Shown: piece after piece, positions 23,477 to 34,974 of the stretch
Layout of the letters: every line of letters starts with the position of its first letter
How positions within the stretch are numbered: position 1 is the first letter of the stretch
NCBI RefSeq assembly: GCF_036365525.1
Contig: NW_027141721.1
Location: forward strand, 1 to 64,000
DNA: 64,000 nt
Direction of reading: 5' to 3'
Origin: Heterodontus francisci
Taxonomy: Eukaryota
Notes under the pieces: generated by a model
Seen by the model: the letters and a program-made list of their open reading frames with translations, nothing else
Told to the model about the DNA's origin: nothing
Databases searched by the model: none
Program-made: the position numbers and the translations under genes

Positions 23477-25012
23477 CACAAAGCTAAATCCCTGCATCAA
23501 AACCTCTCACCTCTCTCTGATTCTTGTCCTGAAGGAGCCTTTCACAACTAGAAAGAACCTACAGGAGTATTGGCACAAAGGAACATAGAAATACTGTAGC
23601 TGGAGTAGGCCATTCAGCCCGTCGAGCTTGTTCTGACATTCAGTGAGGTCATGAATCATCTGTATTGTAACCCCATTAGCCTGTTTGTGTTCCAGACCCT
23701 TTTCCTAACAAGGCTCTATCATTCTCAGATTGGGAAGTGACAATTGACCCTGTGGCCTCAGCAGTTTCATAGGGGAGAGAGGCCCAGATTTCCACCACCG
23801 TTTGTTCAGTTATGTCCTTTCTGGCATCACCCCTGAACGGCCAAGCTTTGAGGTTAAGCTAATGCTCCCCTCCACCCTCACCCTTGTTCTGGGCTCTGAC
23901 ACCCGTGTAAATTGCAGCTCTATCTACCCTATCGAATCCTCTCATTATCTTAAACACATCAGTTGGATCAATCCTTAATCTCCAATGCTCAACATCTCGA
24001 AGCAACCTGCCCCCATAATTTAATCCCGGCATCATTCTGGTAAATGAGGAAAGATCATTCGCAATCTGCCCTGGACTTTCCGCTCACGTTCCCCAGGCCG
24101 TTCAATGTGCATTCAACACCCAGTGTCCATTCACAAACAAAAAAATCCCCTTTGATACTTCTCATCCATTCAAACGCTTTAGGATAATGGGGAATACATC
24201 AAATCATATCGAGGATTCAGCAGCGAACCAGACCATTCAGCCCACTACGTCCTAGCCGATTAAATGCTCCACATGATCCTTCTCACACCCTCTTCATCTC
24301 ACCCCATCCTTTTAAAAGGTCCTTTTATTCCTTTCTCCCCCATATGTTTATCCAGCTTCCCTCTTAAATACATCTCTGCTATTCGCCTCAGCCCACTCCC
24401 TGTGGTAGTGAGTTCCACATTCTCGCCACTCTCTGGTTGAAAAGGCTTCTCCTGAATTCCATATTTGATTTATTAGTGACTGTCTTATATTGATGGTCCC
24501 CTGGTTCTGGTCTCCTCAACAAGTGGAATCATCTTGCCTCTGTCATAATCATAAAGACCTCGATCAGGTTATCCCCTCTGCCTTCTCTTTTCTGGAGAAA
24601 ACAGCACCAGCCTCTTCATTCTTGACCTGTGGTTATATCCTCTCAATTTTGGGAGCACACTTGTAAATATGTTTTGTTTTGCTCTATCCAGAGCCTCTGC
24701 TTTTTTAATCATATGCAGTTCATAACGGCATACTGAAGAATTGAATCTGACAGTTTTCGTTCTGTGTCTGTGTCCTCTTGTTTTGTTCTCATTTGCAGCT
24801 GCATTGCTGTTTGTACTGTTTATTTTAGAGACCCTCCCTTATGTCCCCACTCAAACCCCTTTCCAAATGAATTCAGCAGTTGTAGGTCTCCCTTTGTAAG
24901 CCCAAGAGTCGAAATTAATTCACCGAATTGCTAAATATTCACTCCCACAACCACCCCACGTGAATTCCCGAATTGAATCAACTTTTCCAGTGTTTGGAAG
25001 GCATTCACTCAC

Positions 25013-25026
25013 CTAAAACCACCAGT
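25013..25026 (-). pseudogene. TRBJ: J fragment (3' end LVVL plus splice donor only)
   Basis: Identical to the 3' end and intron of the J at 33287. The remainder was lost by deletion. Confidence 0.85.
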
Positions 25027-25088
25027 AAGCTTGGAATGCACACAGCTTGACATGAAGGTAGAGAGAACAAAATACCCCTTTATCTTAC

Positions 25089-25139
25089 CTAACACCGTCA
25101 GTTTGGTGCCGGTCCCGAAATTGAGTGGTGTGCTGGTAG
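25089..25139 (-). CDS. TRBJ: J segment TSTPLNFGTGTKLTVL (first J after D2)
   Basis: FGXG motif. Weak RSS cacatca-12-gcacgaacc (25140-25167). Donor gtaaga. Confidence 0.92.
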
Positions 25140-25644
25140 CACATCAGCAAATCATGTTGCACGAACCCAGTAGTGACCTGCTCAGCTTTTAGGAAGCACT
25201 GGTCAAGACAATCAGGACGCACAAAGCAGCTTACAGCCAATGAAGCAGTTTGTTTAGGAAGTGGTCACCACAGGGAGACAGAGCAACTGATATTGGACCA
25301 AGGAAGTCCCATCAAACAGCAGTGAGATTAATGAGTAGATCATTGTGATGTTGGTTGAGGGATCAATATTGGTCCCCGGACACCGGGGTGGTGTTTCAGG
25401 GGTTGAAGAGTAACCAGTTTTCACACAAATAACACACAGTTATTCTCTTTTCCAGAGGAATGCTCGACGTTATAAAGCTGGACCATTCTGAGGCATCTAC
25501 AAGATTGAAAGTGCCCAGCTCCCGCCATAATCCAGAGGAGATGTTTATTCGTTTACTCTGTTGCCACTGCTCTTCTGCTAATCTTCCTCGAGGTATGCAG
25601 AGCGAGGTTTTTGTACGAAGGCTGCATTGGATTCTATCACAGTG

Positions 25645-25657
25645 TCCCCCCTGTCCC
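25645..25657 (-). other. TRBD: D segment D2: GGGACAGGGGGGA
   Basis: 5' 12-RSS (plus cacggtg-12-acaaaaaag, 25658-25685) and 3' 23-RSS (minus CACTGTG-23-ACAAAAACC, 25644-25606). Near-identical to mammalian TRBD1 GGGACAGGGGGC. Confidence 0.97.
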
Positions 25658-27281
25658 CACGGTGATAGACACTCATACAAAAAAGAACGCGAATTTTGCA
25701 AGGTCCTGCCTCTCAAAAGACTCCCGAGGGCTTCACTTGGTGAAGTCAGTTTAGATTGAGCTGCTGAAAGTTTTTTAGTCCTTTGGACCATAATTAAAGG
25801 CCGTTCATTCCGTCTCAAAACTGTTAGCAGGAACAGGAGGTGGCCATTCCGCCCCTTCTCAGCCTGCGACACAGGTGCAGCAAGAGGCCATTCAGCCCCT
25901 CTAGACCTTGTTACACAGGAAGAAGAGGAGGCCCATTCAGCCCCTCTTGAGCTGCTTACACAGTAACAGGCCCATTCTTCCACTCAAGCCTCCTTCCTTT
26001 CCTCTACTTCCTTCCTTCCTTCCTTCCCTTCCGTCCTTCCGTCCTTCCTCCCTTCCTTCCTTTCATGCTTTTTTTTCTTGCTTGCTTTCTCTCTTGCTTT
26101 CTCTCTCTCCATTCCATCTCTCTGTTGCACCCCTTCTCCCCTTCCCCCTCCCCCATCCCTTACCGGCTTCATGATCCGCATTCTCTCTTCGACAACGTGC
26201 AGGACCTCAGGACATACCGGCCACGGGACCTCAAACAGAAGCCACTTACTCTAGACAGTAAATCGTTCACACTGCTATCTCTTATCTTATCACTCAGAGA
26301 GACCCATATCTGCCAAACTAGTGCAAGTTTCCCAGGTGTCGTGTTGATGTGCGTGGTGCTGTTATCACTCCTGCAGATCACTTTGCACACCAACACCCAT
26401 CGCCATGCACCTGACATCAGGGAGAAAGGAATAGAAGTTTAGATGGTGTAGTGGGGGGGAGAGGAGGCTCGTGTTCAGTATCACCACTGGCTTGATGACA
26501 CATTTCTGGGGGGATTCGAGCAATGTTTGAAAATGAATAAACCGCCCTCTGAGAAAATGGGTCAAAAAAGGAACTCCTTCCTGAACAGCACTGTGGAAAT
26601 ACCTAAACCACATTGAACGCAGGCGTGAGGCTAGCAAAATGATAATGTTGCTGGGCTAGTAATCCAGCAGCCCGGGCTAGTGTTCTGGTTGTGTGAATTC
26701 AAATGGCCGCAGATGGGATTTAAATTCAGCTGATTCATAAAAATCTGTCAGGGTGCCATGAAACTGTCGTCGATTGTCATAAAAACCCATCTACCATCTT
26801 ATATGGGACTCCAAACCTGCAGCATGCAGTTGACTGTTAACTGCCCTCTGAAATTGCAAAGCACTCAGTTCAAGGGCAATTAGGGATGGGCAACAAATGT
26901 TGGCCTTTCCATCGGTGCCCACATCCCATGACAAGAATAAAAACATGGCCTAACAAACCACTCAGAAGGCAATTATGGGTGGGCAATAAATGCATCCCAG
27001 CACGAATTAACAATGACTTTTCCTGTTCATTTTTGTCTGTATTTTGCTCCGCATCTGTGTCTCTCTGTATATGGTTGCCTCCCTAGCCTTCCTCCACTCT
27101 CCACCTCGCCTTTCCTCTATGTTTAATTGTTTTAACCTTTGCTTCTTTACTGTAATGCTTACGGTTTATTTTTACAAATTTCATGTTCTCTCCCCTTTCT
27201 TCAAACGGAAGGGAGCAAACTGCCCAACAGTTTCAGTGCTGATTGAGCCCACTGATATATTTCGACCAATATTCTACTCAC

Positions 27282-27339
27282 CCAGGACCGTTAACTTCGT
27301 GGCATCTCCAAAATATGATGGATGGTTACTTCCTGCTCC
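27282..27339 (-). pseudogene. TRBJ: J segment GAGSNHPSYFGDATKLTVL, RSS nonamer deleted
   Basis: FGDA instead of FGXG. Heptamer cacatca is present but the ACAAAAAC seen in paralogs 22607 and 31058 is missing. Confidence 0.85.
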
Positions 27340-27860
27340 CACATCACCATGTCACAACATTCCTCAATAGCGTCCTGCTTATTTGCATTGTCCCTATCAT
27401 TAATATTCGATATGGGCCTTTGAGTGACATAGGCCAAAGTAAACTCATAAACTAACCAGGGTGTTTGGCAATTAAAACTAGCAACATTCCCAATACTGGC
27501 TCTCCATCAATGTATGGACCAGTTAGTCAGATGTCCACAGAAACAGCTCTGACAATATTGGAAAATTTTACTTGGAGTTCGTCATAATTATTAAGTAAGT
27601 TGTGCATGTAGGATGGGGACCTATTAGTTCAGTTAGCTAGATGGTTCACGTGTGATTCAGAGCAAGGTCAACAGCAGGGGTTCAGTTATCGTCTTGTTCT
27701 GACGAAAGTAACGGGAAACCGCCTTACCTACCTTTTTCCCTTGTCATTCTCATATCTCCTGCTGGCGAAAAGGAGCAGAGAGCCATGGACGGAACATTTG
27801 CATGGCACAGGCAATATGAACCCAGCCATCCTGGCTTAATCGAATAAACATCTAACTCAC

Positions 27861-27917
27861 CCAAAACTGTTCGAGTCCAACCTTCCCAAAAATGCAGAGG
27901 CTGGGTGTTCCCGCCTA
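27861..27917 (-). CDS. TRBJ: J segment GGNTQPLHFWEGWTRTVL (non-canonical FWEG, probably non-functional)
   Basis: Open frame. RSS cactata-12-atcaaaaca. Donor gtgagt. Paralog of 23215 and 31460. Confidence 0.82.
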
Positions 27918-28076
27918 CACTATACTAAACAACAGTATCAAAACACAGCGTTGGGTAGACAGGTACAGTCTCAAACAAGTAATGTATCTATATCTAAACA
28001 CATAGATGGATGCACAGATACATTGTGGATCGATCGAACAATGGATATTTGCACATTTATGTCGATGGGATATTAC

Positions 28077-28118
28077 CTAAAACTTAGATCCAGTTCCGAA
28101 GTATTAATATCAGCAGAG
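28077..28118 (-). pseudogene. TRBJ: J pseudogene (SADI..YFGTGSK..)
   Basis: Paralog of 23427 and 31728 with small deletions, a frameshift and a broken heptamer (caaaag). Confidence 0.85.
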
Positions 28119-28669
28119 CAAAAGCTAAATCCCTGAATAAAACCTCTCACCTCTCTATGGTTCTATCCCAAGAGAGCCTTTCACAACAATGGAGAACATA
28201 CAAGTACAGGAATATTGGCTGACAGCAGCACGAGAGCATAAACTGACCGTTCAGCCCTTCGAGTGGGATCCGACATGCAAAAAGATCATGTATCTTCGTA
28301 TCGTCAAGGTGGATGGAAAGAAAGGTGCAGAGCTGAGTGGTTAAGTGCACAGCTCTCAATTGTGGATTGATGGAAATCGGACAGTCCAGAATTTCAGGAT
28401 CAGAAAGATCTCGGAGAGTTGTAGAGGCTGGAGGAGGTAACAGAGATAGGGAGGGTTGCAGGGGGCTGGAAGAGGTTACAGACATAGGGAGGGTTGTAGG
28501 TGGCTGGAGGAGGTTGAGGCCATTTTTTAAAACTCCTTCATGGGATGTGGATATCGCTGACAAGGCCAGCATTTGTTACCCATCCCTAGTTGCCCTTGAC
28601 AACTGAGTGTCTATTTTAGAAAGCAGTTAAGAGTAAAGCAAAATAGTTAATAGGTAGAATGAGGTAGAA

Positions 28670-29260
28670 GTCGTGTTTCAGTTATACAGAGCCTTGGTTA
28701 CACCACATCTGGAGTTCCTCTGAGCATTTATGGGCACCAGACATTAGGAAGGATATGTTGGTCTTGGGGGAAGTGTAGTGGACTTTAAAAAGACTGATAC
28801 TTGGACGCCAAGGGTTAAATTGCAAGGAAATATTACACATTTCATATTCTTTGGAAATGAGAAGGTTAAAGGGTGGTTTGATCAAAGTTTTCAAGATATT
28901 AAGGGGAATACATGATGTAGATAGAGAGAAACGATCTCCATTGGTTGGGCAGTCTAGATCTGCGGGGCAGAGTTTAAGAATTAGAGCCAGAACTTTTCAG
29001 GCGTGAAATTAGAAAACATCTTTTCACATAAAGGATGGTAGAAGTTTGGAACTCTCTTCTGCTGGAAAAAATCGTCAATTTTAAGTCTCAAATTGATAGA
29101 TTTTTGTTAACCACAGCTATTGAGGGATGATGGGGCAATGGGGGTGGATGGAGTTAGGTCACAGATCAGTCATGATCGTATTGATTGGCAGAGCAGACTC
29201 GAGGGGCCGAATGGCCTACTCCTGCTCCTGTGTACCGATGATCTTATGTTCCTGTAACTT
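28670..29260 (+). mobile_element. CR1-like LINE 3' fragment
   Basis: Degenerate LYRALV.PHLE, RRLKGGLIKVFKIL and ggccgaatggcctactcctgctcc tail. Confidence 0.75.
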
Positions 29261-30264
29261 CTATTTCAACATAGAGTCAGCATTCTGCTCCAGCTAGAAT
29301 GTCCCAAATTCTGACAACTCAGAGTGAAAAGGAATCTAGTAATTGTCCTTGTCGATCTTTTGTCAATGATTTTAAATATCTGACCTTTGTTTATTGACCC
29401 ACCCACCAGAGGAAATAATTTCCCCTTCAAATATTTGTCCAGTCGCCCTTTGAAAGTTACTATTGAGTCTGTTTGCACCACCCTTTCAGGCAGCGCATTC
29501 CAGATAACAACACACCGCATAATTGTTTTATTCTTCATATCACCCCTGTTTATTTTGTCAATTACCTCAACTCTGTGTCCTTTGTTTACCAACGCTTCGA
29601 GCATTGGAAATTGTTTCTGAGCATGTACTGTGTCCAAAACCTTCATTGCTTTGGACACCTCTGTCAAATCCCCCCTAAACTTTCTCTGCTCTAGTCTCTA
29701 GACGCAACTGAAGACCCTCATCGCTGGAACCAGTCGAATAAATCATTCGTGCAACCACTCTAAGGCCTTGACATCCATCCTAACATGTGACACCCACAAT
29801 TCTCCAGCTGGGACCAAACCAGCGATTCATCGAGGTTCAGCTTAACTCCCTTGCTCAACTCCTCGTCAATCCTTCATCAACGAAGGTGATTTCCAGCTTC
29901 CTCAACTCTTCATTCTAAATCTCTTGATCGTCACGTATTTGTCCCTGTACCTCACTCCTATCATCAACTCGTATTACGCCAATTTAGCCACATTAGGGAC
30001 TGGATTAGACCATTCAACCTCTGATATCCAAGGTACTCATCACATGTCGATTTCCACATGCACAATACGTCTCTCGTTCATTTCAGGAAATATTCCATAT
30101 GGGGCTCGGAAGTAATGCATGGAGTCTGAACACGAATACAAGGTGTATGTTTATATATAAGGTCCTCAGATCCACAACTAGGTTTGAATAATTTTAAATT
30201 TCAACCAGACATCCCTCTGATTCCACTTTCCTTTAAAGAGCTAATTCGATTCTATCTCACTTAC

Positions 30265-30316
30265 CTGAAACCATGAGTTTTAAACTGCCCCCAAAAGTAT
30301 AACCATCGTTGCCTGA
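30265..30316 (-). pseudogene. TRBJ: J segment SGNDGYTFGGSLKLMVS with defective heptamer
   Basis: Open frame but FGGS. Heptamer ctcaatg lacks the invariant CAC. Paralog of 22122. Confidence 0.82.
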
Positions 30317-31057
30317 CTCAATGTTATACTGTTGTAACACAACTTGCGTTTCTTCAACTCGATACACAATAGTTAATGAACATAGTTGGAACATTTTGTA
30401 TTGTGTTATATTCATTATTCCACCCTATTGCTCTTTATCTTATATTCTGCTGCAATTGATCTCCTCATCTCTGTCTCTTTTTTATTGTTTTAAATCTAAT
30501 TTCCCATCTCCCTCCAGTTCTGTCTGCTGTTTGCTCTCCATCTGGAGTTAAGAAGAATGGGAGATGATCTTCTGGGAAATTCTAAGATTCTGAGTGCGCT
30601 TGACAGGTTAAATGCTGAGAGGATGTTCCCCTGCAGAATTAAAGGGCACAGTTTCAGAATGAGGGGTCGCTCATTTAGGACGGAGTGGAGCAGGAATGTC
30701 TTCTATCAGGGAGTCGTGAATCTTTGGAATTCCCTCCTCCACAGCCCTGTGGAGACTGAGTCCGTGAATGCATTCAAGACTGAGATAGAGAGCGGAGCCA
30801 AGGATTATGGAGAACAGGTAGGAAAGAGGGATCGAGGCCAACATCAGATCAGCCATGATCTCTGGTTGCAAATTCCTCTCTCACCAGCTCTCCTCCAATC
30901 TCCTACATTTAGCTATTTACATTCTTGCTTCTTCAATGCAATGCTTACTCTTTTGCCTGTTTTCACATTCTCTCTCCTTTCTTTAAATTGAAGAGAGTAA
31001 ACTAGTCGACGTTTTCAATGCTAGTAAGAGACGTATTTTGACTAACATCTCACTTAC

Positions 31058-31115
31058 CCAGGACAGTTAATTTAGTGCCATCTCCAAAATACATAGGTTG
31101 AATACCCCCTGCTCC
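31058..31115 (-). CDS. TRBJ: J segment GAGGIQPMYFGDGTKLTVL
   Basis: FGXG motif. RSS cacatca-12-acaaaaaca (31116-31143). Donor gtaagt. Confidence 0.95.
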
Positions 31116-31459
31116 CACATCATCACCTCACATCACAAAAACATTCCCCAACTCTCTTCTGGAAGAAAAGAAATTCACTGCCCCATTCCTTAATATTTGA
31201 TAGTGGCCTCTGGTTAACGCAAGCTAACTGTAAGTTAATGTAAACTCGTGGACTAACCAGGCAGTTTGCAGTTATAACTCTCAGAATTCCCAAGACTGTC
31301 TGCCCCGTCCACATGTGTACCTGTTAGTCAGTTATCCACCGTGGCAGTCCTGACAATAGGAGATTTTCTGCAAGTCCCTCCCAATTATTCATTCAATCCT
31401 TCTTGCAAGATGTTTACAGGTGACCCTTGCTTCATTGAAAACAAAGAAACTGAACTCAC

Positions 31460-31516
31460 CCAAAATCGTCAACGTGGACCCTTCCCCAAAATGTAGCAGG
31501 TTGGTATACCCGCCCG
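31460..31516 (-). CDS. TRBJ: J segment GGYTNLLHFGEGSTLTIL
   Basis: FGXG motif. RSS cactgca-12-accaaaata (31517-31544). Donor gtgagt. Confidence 0.92.
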
Positions 31517-31727
31517 CACTGCACTAAACAACAATACCAAAATACAACGATGGGTAGACTGATGTCTGGACAAACAAATAGACAGATAGATGGACAAACA
31601 GACAGACAGATGGATCCACAGTCCAACAAATAGATAGGTACATTGATAGATAAAGAAATAGAAAGACTTACAGATGAAAAGATGTATTTACATATACAAA
31701 TATATACATGTGCAAACATAATCTTAC

Positions 31728-31777
31728 CTAAAACAGTGAGTTTAGTCCCAGCTCCGAAATAATAAATGTCACCAGAG
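31728..31777 (-). CDS. TRBJ: J segment SGDIYYFGAGTKLTVL
   Basis: FGXG motif. RSS cacaatg-12-attaaaaca (31778-31805). Donor gtaaga. Confidence 0.95.
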
Positions 31778-33286
31778 CACAATGATAAACTCATGTATTA
31801 AAACATCACCTGTCTTTGAGTCCTTTCCCGAAGTAGCCCCTCATAATAAGGGAGAACCGACAAGTATAAGGAAAATTTGTCCATAGGAACATAGCAACTG
31901 GGGAACAGGAGTTGACCATTCAGCCCTTCGTGCTTATTCCGACATTTAATTAGATTATAAATCATTTGTACCATAACCCCATCGACCTGCCTTCCTGGTT
32001 CCATAACCTTTAGCATCTTTGCCGATCAAAAAATAATCAACCACACATTTGAAATTTTCAATTGACCCCCTCAGCTTTCTGTGGGAGAGATTTCTGGATT
32101 CCACGGTGCATTTTGTAAACAGGTCCTTCTTGACATCACTCCTGAATGGTCTAGCTATCAGTGTAAGGTTTTGCTCTCTTGTTCTGGACCCGTCACACCA
32201 GAGGAAATATCAGATCCTATCATTATCTTAAACACATCAATTGGATCACTCCTGAATCTCCAATTCTCAATTTACTGCAATCCTACTTTAAACAACACAT
32301 CGTCATAAATTAAATTATTTTAATACCGGTATTATCCTGGTGAATGAGGAAAGGTCATGAGGCCCTTGACACCTCATTGTCCACTGGATATGGACAGCTC
32401 ACCAGTTCGATTAGTAACTTGAAAATAGTGTGTCTCAAAACAGTTTCATCCATTGCCACTCGAGGCCAAGAGGGAATATTTCGAATTGCATAGAATTTAC
32501 AACACACAAACAGGCCATTCAGCCCATCTGCTCCATACCAGTGTTTACACTCCACTTGAGACTCCTCTCATCCCCTTCATTTAATCCAATTTTTTTTATC
32601 CAATCTACTTTTTTAAACCCACTCCTTGTGGTAGTGAGTTCCACATTCGCACCACTGTCTGGGTAAAGAAATTTCTCCTGAATTCCCTTTTGAATTTATT
32701 ACTGAGTGTCTGACATTTATGCTCTCCCCGTTCTGGTCTCCCCACAAGTGGAAAAAACTTCGGTGTGTCTACCCTATCGAAACCCCTTTCAAAATCGTAC
32801 AGACCTCTACCAGGTCACCCCTCAAACTTTACTGCTCTCGAGAAAGGAGTTCCAGTCTGTCCGACCTTCCCCAATAGTTACAACGTCCCAGTTTGGGCAG
32901 CACAGCTGTTAATCTGTTTTGTTTTACCTTATCCAGAGCCTCTACATCATTTATTTTATAATATGCAGACCAGAACTGCATACTGAACGATGCAATCTGA
33001 CATTTTTCGTTCTATGTCTGTGTCCTCTTGTTTTGCTCTCACAAGCGCAATCATTCTATTTGTATCTACATTACTGTTTGTTCTGTTTATTTTCGCGACC
33101 CTCCCTTATGTATCTACTCAAAACCCTTCCCTGCAGTGAAACGAATTCGGCAGTTGTAGGTCTCCCCTTGTAAGCTGAAGAATTGAAATTAATTCACCAA
33201 ATTTCTATATTTTCACCCCCTCGACCACCCCACGTGAATTCCCAAATTGAATCAACTTTTCCAGTGTTAGGAATGCATTCACTCAC

Positions 33287-33336
33287 CTAAAACCACCAGT
33301 TTGGTCCCATCTCCGAAATATGCTTCGTAATTGGAA
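33287..33336 (-). CDS. TRBJ: J segment SNYEAYFGDGTKLVVL
   Basis: FGXG motif. RSS cacactg-12-cacaaaatc (33337-33364). Donor gtgagt. Confidence 0.95.
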
Positions 33337-33950
33337 CACACTGGTATGGGGCTGTCACAAAATCCCCTTCAATCCCTCTGGATTGTTAAGTCTGTTCCAC
33401 TGAAGTTACTATTATGTCAATGACCGTAAAGGTCGGTGGAACATGGGGACAGAAGGTGACCGTTCAGCCCTTTGATCAGTTCGATCAAGGTTGATCTGAA
33501 TCTTAACTCCATCAATCCGCCTTGGTTCTGTAACCCTCAATACTTTTGTTTTACACAGCTCTATGAATCTTGGATTTGTATTTATCAATTGATCCTCAGT
33601 CTCAACTGATTGTTTTTTATGGGGTCGGGGTGGAATCCATCATTTCCACTAACCTTTGCATGAAGAAGTGCTTCCTGATATCATCCCTGAATGGCAATAA
33701 TTTAAACTGTTCTGGACTCCCCCCAACCTGAGGAAGCAGTTTCTCTCTCTATCTATCCAACACCTCAAACCCCTCCATGATATCAGCCCTTAAAATTCTA
33801 TATTCGAGGGACTGTCAGCTTCGTCTGAGTAACCAGTCCTCATGAGTTAACCCTTTAATGTATCTAATATCTGAACATTACTCCTGGTGATTTTTTAACT
33901 GGACATAGATTCTGATCGATTGGAGGAACAGAAATACATAGTCGCCTTAC

Positions 33951-33998
33951 CCAACACTGTCAACTTGGTCCCATCGCTGAAGTAAGCTATCTCTGCTG
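33951..33998 (-). CDS. TRBJ: J segment AEIAYFSDGTKLTVL (non-canonical FSDG)
   Basis: Open frame. RSS cacggtg-12-tcatgaaca (33999-34026). Donor gtaagg. Confidence 0.88.
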
Positions 33999-34240
33999 CA
34001 CGGTGCTCTAAACTCAGTCATGAACAGACCCGGGAGATGTTCCCCTTGTAACTGAACGAGCCAGGACGGGGTGGTTTACAGACGAGGGTCACATTGGACT
34101 GGTCTTTGCAAACCAGAAAGAAGGGCCAGTGTCATCAGCCTGACTTTTTAAACCGCCCGCGGAGGGTTGGGGGGGAACAAGCTTGGAATGCAAACAGCTG
34201 GACATGAAGGGAGTGGGAAAAAAACGTCCCTTTTTCTTAC

Positions 34241-34291
34241 CTAACACCGTCAGTTTGGTGCCGGTCCCGAAGTTGAGTGGTGCGTTGTTAG
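34241..34291 (-). CDS. TRBJ: J segment NNAPLNFGTGTKLTVL (first J after D1)
   Basis: FGXG motif. RSS cacgtca-12-acatcaacc (34292-34319). Donor gtaaga. Confidence 0.93.
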
Positions 34292-34816
34292 CACGTCAGC
34301 AGATCTCGTTACATCAACCCGGTCGGAAACTGATTGCTAAAACTGACCTGCTCAGCATTTCGGAAGCACTGGTCAAGATTATCAGGACGTACAAAGCAGC
34401 TTACAGCCAATGAAGCAGTTTGTTTATGAAGTGGTCACCACAGGGAGACACAGCAACTGATATTGTACCAAGAAAGTCCCATCAAACAATAGTGAGATTA
34501 ATGAGCAGATCATTGTTTGTGATGTTGGTTGAGGGATCAATATTGGTCCCAGGACACCAGGGTGGGGTTTAAAGGTTAAAGAGTTACCAGTTTCCACACA
34601 AATGACACACAGTTATTCTCTTTTCCAGAGGAATATTCTAACTTATAAGGCTGGACCATTCTGAGACATCTTTATGATGAAAAGGGCCCAGTTCCCGCCA
34701 TAATCCTGGGCCATGTTGACTCGTTCACTCTGTTGTCACTGCTCTTCTGCTGATCCTCCACCAGGTGTGTAGAGCGAGGTTTTTGTACGGAGGTTGCATT
34801 GGATTTTATCACCGTG

Positions 34817-34829
34817 TCCCTGTTGTCCC
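34817..34829 (-). other. TRBD: D segment D1: GGGACAACAGGGA
   Basis: 5' 12-RSS (plus cacagtg-12-acaaaaaag, 34830-34857) and 3' 23-RSS (minus CACGGTG-23-ACAAAAACC, 34816-34778). Confidence 0.97.
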
Positions 34830-34974
34830 CACAGTGATAGACACTCATACAAAAAAGAGGAACGCGAAATTTACAAGTCCCCGCCGCTTAAACGGCTCCC
34901 GAGGCTTTCACCTGGTGACGGCAGTTGAGATTGAGGTGCTGAAATTTAGTTAGACCTTTGTAGCACAATTAAAG

